Shown here: positions 26,331-31,860 of the stretch, piece after piece
Numbering within the stretch: position 1 is the stretch's first letter
Layout: each line of letters opens with the position of its first letter
DNA from: a virus
Lineage: Duplodnaviria; Caudoviricetes
DNA length: 31,860 bases
Virus record (IMG/VR): IMGVR_UViG_3300047561_000023
Coordinates: 1 to 31,860 of that record
Direction: 5' to 3' (one strand)
Notes under the pieces: model-generated
Told to the model about the DNA's origin: nothing
The model's database searches: none
What the model saw: the letters and a program-made list of their open reading frames with translations, nothing else
Translations under genes and position numbers: made by a program

Positions 26331-26540
26331 CTAAAACCTCCAAAAATCGTTAAAAGTAAAGCGGTATGGACAAAGGAAATCTACCGCTTTACCGCTTTAC
26401 TTTTCACCATCCCAAAACTGACCAGATTGGCCTGTGGATAAGTGGGTCTACGACCCCCACTTATACCAACAGACCTGCCTTTATCTAAACCGGTATACCG
26501 GTTTACTACCGGTTTACTACCGGTTTACCGGTTTACTTTA
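26290..26540. other. Putative replication origin: DnaA boxes, inverted repeats and iteron-like repeats
   Basis: TGTGGATAA at 26290, 26301 and 26433; 15-bp inverted repeat 26352-26366/26390-26404; hairpin 26438-26464; 20-bp palindrome 26486-26505; TACCGGTTTAC x4 within 26496-26536. Directly downstream of the primase-helicase gene. Confidence 0.7.
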
Positions 26541-28701
26541 TTTGTACCCACCCAGTGCCTGCTTGGTCCATTGCAAAGCGCTGGAATATGGCCGCGCCAA
26601 CTGCCCGTCTGGCATAGCTTTGGTCTGCCATTGGCACGGCCTGATAGATGTCAGCCCACTCCAGCTGGTGCATTGATTGCAGTTCTTTTGGGACACTGGG
26701 CCTGCCACTGCCTCTGCGCATGATGACCGCGCCTTTGGCATTGATGATGGACTGGACAAAGTTGCAGGCAGCGTCTGCGGCATCTTGGACTTGTTGCTGT
26801 CTTTTTTCGCTCTGCCTGTCATTGGCTGCCTGTCTTCGATCTTCTTCCGATGACATGGCTGGCACGACCAGCAGCACCATTTGCTCTTGGATATCCCCGT
26901 CTTCATCAAGCACTGTGTCGGCAAAGACATCTGAGTTGAATTTGATTTCTCTAAAGTTGGGCTGGTATCGGGTTTTGACCAGGCGCATATATCGGGTCTT
27001 GGTCTCATCTTCAAAAAGCACTCCGGTCAGGGTTGCATCGCCTGTGAATGCGCTTGCTCCACGGGCCGTAGCATCTGAGTCTGACTTGGATATGGTCTTG
27101 TTGGTGTGGGTAATAATGCAGACTGGCGTGTCCAGCTGGATATAAATGGTCTGCTTTAAGGCTGCAATATATGCACCCACTTCTGAGTTGTCATTCTCAT
27201 TATCAATATCCATTGTCGCGTTTGCAGTATCTAATACCAATAATGGCCGGACATTATCTATTGTGTGGTGAATCACATTATGTGCAAGCATAAGTAAATC
27301 TTTGACATTAGACCTTTTGGCATCGATGATGACAAACCATTGGGATAATGCTTCAGCACTAATCCCGTAATGCCGTGCATAGCCTGTGAGTGTTCTTTCA
27401 ACCTGGTCACTGTCTTCTGTGACTATGATTGTTTTGCGTTTCTTGGTGGCTGTGAGTTCACAGTCTTTAGCCTGTAAGCCTGCCATGACCATGCACAGAC
27501 TGATCACTGCTGTGGTCTTGCCAATGCCAGGCTGACCGGCCAGCACCATGAAACTATGCGCCCAAAAGCCTTTGACCATGTAGCGAATGGGCTTGATCTG
27601 GCCAATGGTCAGTGTGCGCTCTGGCCAGCCTTTGACTTCTGGTGCATCGGTTGTGGCTGGCGCCTGACCAATGACCGCTGCAAAGTCTTCGACCGCTGAT
27701 TTTCGCTCGGCCTGCTTAGTTGGAGCCTCCCATCCACAGTCTTTGGCGTGTTTAAAGAGTGTGCCAATGCCAACACCTTTGCCCTGGTGAAAGCTCTTCC
27801 AGTGGACTTCAATGTCTTTCGTGCCTTCGTATTTAGTCCCACTTTGGGACCATGTATCCCATAGGCTACAACCTTGCTCCCCAAATTCTGAATGCAAAGC
27901 CTGACCGATCTCAATCCACTGGTCATAGTCACAGTCTGGGGAAATGTGCTGCAAAGCCTGCACGGCCTTGGCCATTTCATCTGGCGCGCCTTTGGACAAC
28001 ATGGCTGTGAAATCAAATGATTGGCTTGGTGGTGCAGGCTTTGGCTCTTGCAGCTGGTGCTGCTCGATGATGCCCCAGTCCATTAACAATTCATGCAAAT
28101 TGACGGCCTCTTGGAATTCACCGACCAATTGATTGCCACTGAGTAAGACTGACTTGCCGGCACTGTTTGGTAGGCCGAACACTTCCAGTTCTTGGCCACC
28201 GCCAAGTTTGTACTTGGGCAGCACCTGGTCAGATTCTTTGGGTGGTTGGACCCATAAGAAGACATGACGGCCACGGCCTGAGACAGAGACCTCGGTCAGC
28301 ATCTTCTTTTGCTTGACATACTTGGCCATGCGCTGAATGGCCACGTTGGTCGGGCCTGATGCGTGTTTCATGTCCACATCAAGGCAAACCAAATAATTCC
28401 CTGATGCGCTGATGATGGGGCGCTGCTGGACTAAGCCAAGATATTGGCCATGAGGCGCTTGCTCCATGGTCCAGACATCTTCTGAGTTGTAGAGATCGCT
28501 TGGGTCTGTATCCCGTGCCACACCTTGGCCAGATCGCTTGTAAGGGATTTTCTTTGAGCCTTGCAGGGCAAAGGTGCAGAAGACGGCATCGGGGGCCACA
28601 GCGCCTATTTTGCAGGCGACAGACTGGGACTGAGAAAATGTGTCGTTTTGGGGTGTTTCAGTTATGATGGACACTGAAATTCCTTTAGTTGGGGGTTTCA
28701 T
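26533..28701 (-). CDS. Primase-helicase (Prim-Pol + PriCT-2 + RepA/AAA_25-type ATPase)
   Basis: VCLDVD and SVSGRGRHVF (AEP motifs), PDCDYDQWIEIGQALH (PriCT-2), GQPGIGKT (Walker A), LVLDT (Walker B). The GTG at 28674, behind AAAGGAA, may be the true start. Confidence 0.9.
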   Translation of the reverse strand: MKPPTKGISVSIITETPQNDTFSQSQSVACKIGAVAPDAVFCTFALQGSKKIPYKRSGQGVARDTDPSDLYNSEDVWTMEQAPHGQYLGLVQQRPIISASGNYLVCLDVDMKHASGPTNVAIQRMAKYVKQKKMLTEVSVSGRGRHVFLWVQPPKESDQVLPKYKLGGGQELEVFGLPNSAGKSVLLSGNQLVGEFQEAVNLHELLMDWGIIEQHQLQEPKPAPPSQSFDFTAMLSKGAPDEMAKAVQALQHISPDCDYDQWIEIGQALHSEFGEQGCSLWDTWSQSGTKYEGTKDIEVHWKSFHQGKGVGIGTLFKHAKDCGWEAPTKQAERKSAVEDFAAVIGQAPATTDAPEVKGWPERTLTIGQIKPIRYMVKGFWAHSFMVLAGQPGIGKTTAVISLCMVMAGLQAKDCELTATKKRKTIIVTEDSDQVERTLTGYARHYGISAEALSQWFVIIDAKRSNVKDLLMLAHNVIHHTIDNVRPLLVLDTANATMDIDNENDNSEVGAYIAALKQTIYIQLDTPVCIITHTNKTISKSDSDATARGASAFTGDATLTGVLFEDETKTRYMRLVKTRYQPNFREIKFNSDVFADTVLDEDGDIQEQMVLLVVPAMSSEEDRRQAANDRQSEKRQQQVQDAADAACNFVQSIINAKGAVIMRRGSGRPSVPKELQSMHQLEWADIYQAVPMADQSYARRAVGAAIFQRFAMDQAGTGWVQIK

Positions 28702-28767
28702 TTGTGAGTTGCCATGAGTTGAGACTTTTGCCTGGTAGTGTTAAAGCGCTACCAGGCTTTTTCTTTT
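28675..28767 (+). ncRNA. Predicted antisense RNA covering the primase-helicase translation initiation region
   Basis: TATGAT -10 box at 28663-28668 (weak -35 GTGTCG, 17-bp spacer) about 60 nt upstream of the plus-strand terminator. The transcript itself is inferred. Confidence 0.45.
28730..28767 (+). terminator. Rho-independent terminator oriented antisense to the surrounding genes
   Basis: GCCTGGTAGTG-ttaaag-CGCTACCAGGC-TTTTTCTTTT. The U-tract and the U.G wobble pair work only on the plus strand. Confidence 0.75.
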
Positions 28768-28783
28768 GGCAGGGATGTGAATT

Positions 28784-29797
28784 CTATTCCTTCGCCTTTT
28801 CTTTGACTAGGCTTGATGCAGCCTGCTTCTCACCGACTAGGTCTTCGGACACTTCGACACCAAGTTTTAAGACGGCACTGGGGCTTTTAAGTTCCCATGC
28901 ACTCATGTTGTCTTTGAATGCTTCCATGACCAGAGCTTCGTCTTTCCAGAATTTAGTCTTACGGCCTGCGCGCATGATCCAGCCATCAATGGCTTTGCCA
29001 TCAGTGATCTGAGCCTTGGCAGCAGACTGCACAGCATCGGCCCATGCACCCACTAAGACAGCGTCATCGAGCATTTCTGGGGTAATGCTTGTGTCTGGCT
29101 TGAAATCGCTTCTGGCGACCTCTTGGACCTTCTGGCGCATGGATGGACAAATGGTCTTGGCCTTGCAGTACCGGCAGGCATCGGGGCTTGGGCTGGTGGG
29201 TGCATCGCCTGTGAGCGCCAGCTCGGCTGCCTCTTTCAAGCGCTTGCCATGCAATTCCAAATAATTGCCAGACACTGTCCACTTGCTATGGCCAACCCGC
29301 GGCTGATAGATGTGCATGGTGCATTCGATGGTGTTTGGCGCCTTGAGCTGACGCATTGCACCAAGGGCATAGGTCAGCAGTTGTTTGTTGTCTGTGGCAT
29401 CCACAGCGACACGGCCAGTCTTCAGATCAATGACATGAAGATGGTTGCCATCGACCAGGATTGCATCGGCAGTGCCACCAAGCGCTGGGTGCAGGGACTT
29501 CAAGCCTTCATCGAGGTTGACCTCGATCAGCTTTTTCCTCGGATTCTCGACCAGATTGCTGACAAAGTCTGCATAGCCTTGGGCCATGGCCACATGATCG
29601 GGATCAGTTCCGGCTGGTATTTCACCATTGCGCAGAATGATCTCAGACAGTTCATGGATCGCTGTGCCAATGGCAGCGGCCTCACCGGCTGGCTCGTAAG
29701 GCATGAGGGACTCAAGCCGGTATGAGCCAGGGCAAGACATGAATCTGTCCGTGCGGGATGCTGAGAGTCGGGCGTGTTTTCGGGTTTCATGTTGCAT
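28784..29797 (-). CDS. DUF2800/Cas4-like PD-(D/E)xK nuclease
   Basis: HARLSAS...CPGS, GTAIHE, GTADA, IDLKTG, QLLTYA and CRYC...CP (1+3 Cys arrangement). Confidence 0.88.
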   Translation of the reverse strand: MQHETRKHARLSASRTDRFMSCPGSYRLESLMPYEPAGEAAAIGTAIHELSEIILRNGEIPAGTDPDHVAMAQGYADFVSNLVENPRKKLIEVNLDEGLKSLHPALGGTADAILVDGNHLHVIDLKTGRVAVDATDNKQLLTYALGAMRQLKAPNTIECTMHIYQPRVGHSKWTVSGNYLELHGKRLKEAAELALTGDAPTSPSPDACRYCKAKTICPSMRQKVQEVARSDFKPDTSITPEMLDDAVLVGAWADAVQSAAKAQITDGKAIDGWIMRAGRKTKFWKDEALVMEAFKDNMSAWELKSPSAVLKLGVEVSEDLVGEKQAASSLVKEKAKE

Positions 29798-29811
29798 GGT
29801 TTCTCCAAGGG

Positions 29812-31038
29812 TTAAATGATTTGGTTAACGACATTGAGCTTTTTCAAGACCTTGGCCAGCACATTGTGGTCTAGGCTGGCCTTGATGGTCAGAATGTAGA
29901 TGACGGGTGGAATGCCTGACTTGTTGATGTTTTCGACCCTGCTACTGGCCTGCTCCAGTGCTGATGTGGACCAAGTGCATTCGACAAAGACAATGGTGTC
30001 GGCAGCACTTAGGTCCACACCTTCCGACATGGCGGCAATGTTGCCAATGATGCAATTGGTCTGGCCAGACTGAAAGTCTTTAAGTGCCTGGTCGCGCTTG
30101 GCCCGTGGTGTTTCACCCGTAATGACCACGGGTTTGTGGACAAATAAGAGTTTCTCCAGCTCGGCCACGACATCCTTATGGTGCGCAAAGACCACCACCG
30201 GCTCATTGGCCTGGAGCAAGTCATCAATGAATTCACTGGCGGCCTTGACCTTGCGCATACCGGCTTCGCGCATGATCTCTGCCAAGCCCTCAAAGGCCAT
30301 GAGCGCGTTGGGGTTGGCCATCAAGGCATCGGCATCAAATGCCTGCTCTCGCTTGTCATTGGGCAGATCAAAGGTGATCAGACTGACTTGTGGGTCTTTG
30401 TAGTCTTTGAAAATGGCTTCTTTTTTTCTGCGCAGCACATGGGGCTTCATCAATTCTTTGAGTTCGACCAGGTTAGACGCGCCTGATGTGTCCAAGCCCC
30501 ATGGCGCGTTCCACATCTTTGCGTATCTGGCCGCAAAGTCAAACCAGCCGCCCCTGTAAATGCCAAGGCCGTGCAAGATGGGCCACAGCTCAATCGGCCT
30601 GTTTGGGATGGGTGTGCCACTAAGCGCATATACATGGTCCACTTTCTTCATGGCCAGCATCGCGGCCTTCGTTCTTTGGGCCTTTGGATTCTTAATCCTG
30701 TGGCACTCATCGAGAACTAGAGTGTTATATCTGTCCACTTGCGTCACACCATATTGCAAAACATCGTAGTTAATGATTGTGATATCTGCACTGTTTACCT
30801 CTGAAGCCTCGCGTTTTCCATTGACCACATGGACCGAGACATTGGGCGCCAGCTTGGCAAATGCAGATTCCCAGACTGTCTTGGCAATTGCTGGGCAAAC
30901 AATGAGGGCCGGTAGGTTTTCAAGTGCAGCAGCTGCTGTGGGTAGCGTCTTGCCAACACGGGGCTGGTCGGCCAGTATGGCCCTGCGCCTAGACAGCAAG
31001 AAGAGCTTGGCCTCTTGCTGATGGGGGAATAACTGCAT
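29812..31038 (-). CDS. SNF2-family helicase-like protein
   Basis: LADQPRVGKT, LIVCP, LDECH, LSGTP and EGVDL motifs. Confidence 0.9.
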   Translation of the reverse strand: MQLFPHQQEAKLFLLSRRRAILADQPRVGKTLPTAAAALENLPALIVCPAIAKTVWESAFAKLAPNVSVHVVNGKREASEVNSADITIINYDVLQYGVTQVDRYNTLVLDECHRIKNPKAQRTKAAMLAMKKVDHVYALSGTPIPNRPIELWPILHGLGIYRGGWFDFAARYAKMWNAPWGLDTSGASNLVELKELMKPHVLRRKKEAIFKDYKDPQVSLITFDLPNDKREQAFDADALMANPNALMAFEGLAEIMREAGMRKVKAASEFIDDLLQANEPVVVFAHHKDVVAELEKLLFVHKPVVITGETPRAKRDQALKDFQSGQTNCIIGNIAAMSEGVDLSAADTIVFVECTWSTSALEQASSRVENINKSGIPPVIYILTIKASLDHNVLAKVLKKLNVVNQII

Positions 31039-31062
31039 GATCGGTTTCCTCGTTTTAAGTTG

Positions 31063-31116
31063 TTGCGATCATATCTGCATTTGTGCTAAAGTGCAATTTC
31101 TGTTTGACGACAGAAA
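31063..31116. promoter_or_regulatory. Overlapping divergent sigma70-type promoters and an adjacent inverted repeat
   Basis: Minus strand TTGCAC(31096-31091)-17 bp-TATGAT(31073-31068). Plus strand TTGCGA(31063-31068)-18 bp-TAAAGT(31087-31092) with an upstream TG. Inverted repeat TTTCTGT-N6-ACAGAAA at 31097-31116. Confidence 0.6.
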
Positions 31117-31149
31117 CGTAAAAACCTAAACCCTTAAAAGGAAAAAACC

Positions 31150-31716
31150 ATGACCAGAGTCGTAACCGGCAAAGTTCGTTTCTCATACTTCAGTGCTTTG
31201 ACAGCTCGCAAGAATGAGATGAACGGCAAAGAAGAATTCTCTACTCAAGTGCTTGTCCCAAAGACAGACACCGAAACTGTGAACCAATTGAAAGCGGCAG
31301 CCAAGGCCGCATTGACCGCCAAGTTTGGAGACAAGATTCCCAAGACAGTGCGCAATCCCTTGCGTGATGGCGATACAGAGCTGAAATCAGATGGCGGCCC
31401 ACTGGGTCCAGAGTATGCGGGTCACTATTTCTTCAACACCAAGTCAACCAATAAGCCTGGCGCAGTAGATGCCCATGGCCATGACATTCTTGGATCACAA
31501 GATATTGTCTCTGGTGACTTTGGCCGTGTTTCTTTGAATGCTTATGCTTATGACCAGGCAGGCAATAAGGGCGTGTCGTATGGTTTAAACAACATCATGC
31601 TTTTGTCTAAGGGTGACTCGCTGGGTGGTGCAAAGCCATCAGCTGCCAGTGACTTTGGCGTGGTGGCCGGCAAGGCCGCGCCAGCTGCTGCCGAGTCAAT
31701 CGATAACGACTGGTGA
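31150..31716 (+). CDS. Single-stranded DNA-binding protein (DUF2815/T7 gp2.5-like)
   Basis: VTGKVRFSY, NPLRDGD and YAYDQAGNKGVSYGLNNI, with an acidic-aromatic C-terminus (ESIDNDW) and an AAAGGA RBS. Confidence 0.88.
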   Translation: MTRVVTGKVRFSYFSALTARKNEMNGKEEFSTQVLVPKTDTETVNQLKAAAKAALTAKFGDKIPKTVRNPLRDGDTELKSDGGPLGPEYAGHYFFNTKSTNKPGAVDAHGHDILGSQDIVSGDFGRVSLNAYAYDQAGNKGVSYGLNNIMLLSKGDSLGGAKPSAASDFGVVAGKAAPAAAESIDNDW

Positions 31717-31860
31717 TCGGTCGATCAGTTTATTAAGTGCCAAGTGCAATTGATTGACTGATGTCCACAATGGCTCCACAGTTCCAGACAGCCACCGGCT
31801 GACTTGGGACTGCTGGATGCCAGCCTCATCGCACACCGCAGCCATGGTGATCTTGTGAGC
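31696..31860 (-). CDS. C-terminal part of an XRE/Cro-type HTH regulator, truncated by the window edge
   Basis: Read by hand: ...AHKITMAAVCDEAGIQQSQVSRWLSGTVEPLWTSVNQLHLALNKLIDRSPVVID*. Overlaps the SSB 3' end convergently by 21 nt. Confidence 0.8.
   Translation of the reverse strand, partial: AHKITMAAVCDEAGIQQSQVSRWLSGTVEPLWTSVNQLHLALNKLIDRSPVVID

Larger units (their letters stand above)
1..31860. mobile_element. Tailed dsDNA phage genome segment (podovirus-like structural module plus replication module)
   Basis: Contiguous terminase, portal, scaffold, capsid, tail, lysis and replication genes. No bacterial housekeeping genes. No tape-measure or tail-tube gene recognised in the window. Confidence 0.97.

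Noticed and set aside
26486-26540. Palindromic repeats as a mini-CRISPR array
   Set aside because: Units are only 11 bp with no unique spacers. They are better explained as protein-binding iterons.
28784-29797. Cas4-like nuclease as part of a CRISPR-Cas system
   Set aside because: No cas1/cas2 or array is present. Solo Cas4-like/DUF2800 nucleases are normal in phage replication modules.
16-31021. Many plus-strand ORFs in the supplied track (e.g. 14605..15180, 9273..9800, 29123..29725, 20002..20430)
   Set aside because: They lie antisense to well-supported minus-strand genes and show no motifs, so they are shadow ORFs. Only 6862..7059 and 31150..31716 were kept.
1-31860. tRNA, rRNA, integrase or att sites
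   Set aside because: Intergenic spaces are short, and no cloverleaf or recombinase motifs were recognised by eye. A tRNAscan/Infernal run would be needed to exclude RNA genes formally.

Overview
The window is a large part of a tailed dsDNA phage genome with podovirus-type morphogenesis genes. Almost all genes are on the minus strand. Read in the direction of transcription (right to left), it contains: (1) an HTH regulator (partial), an inverted DUF2815-type SSB, a SNF2-like helicase, a DUF2800/Cas4-like nuclease and a Prim-Pol/PriCT-2/AAA primase-helicase; (2) a repeat- and DnaA-box-rich putative origin, VRR-NUC, TerS, a second DnaA-box cluster and TerL; (3) small basic and Cys-rich proteins, a P22-like portal, scaffold, major capsid protein, a glycosyltransferase and an adaptor; (4) tail proteins interrupted by a free-standing GIY-YIG endonuclease, a lysis cassette, a HExxH protein/metallophosphoesterase/membrane-peptide cassette and a counter-oriented very acidic protein; (5) a gp10-like tail hub, a GNAT-like protein and ejection proteins. 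The most notable feature is a candidate plasmid-like replication-control system: palindromic iterons and DnaA boxes just downstream of the primase-helicase gene, plus a predicted ~90-nt antisense RNA over that gene's ribosome-binding site. No host genes, integrase, DNA polymerase, tRNA or CRISPR array were recognised. All family assignments come from motif recognition and synteny by eye, not from database searches.
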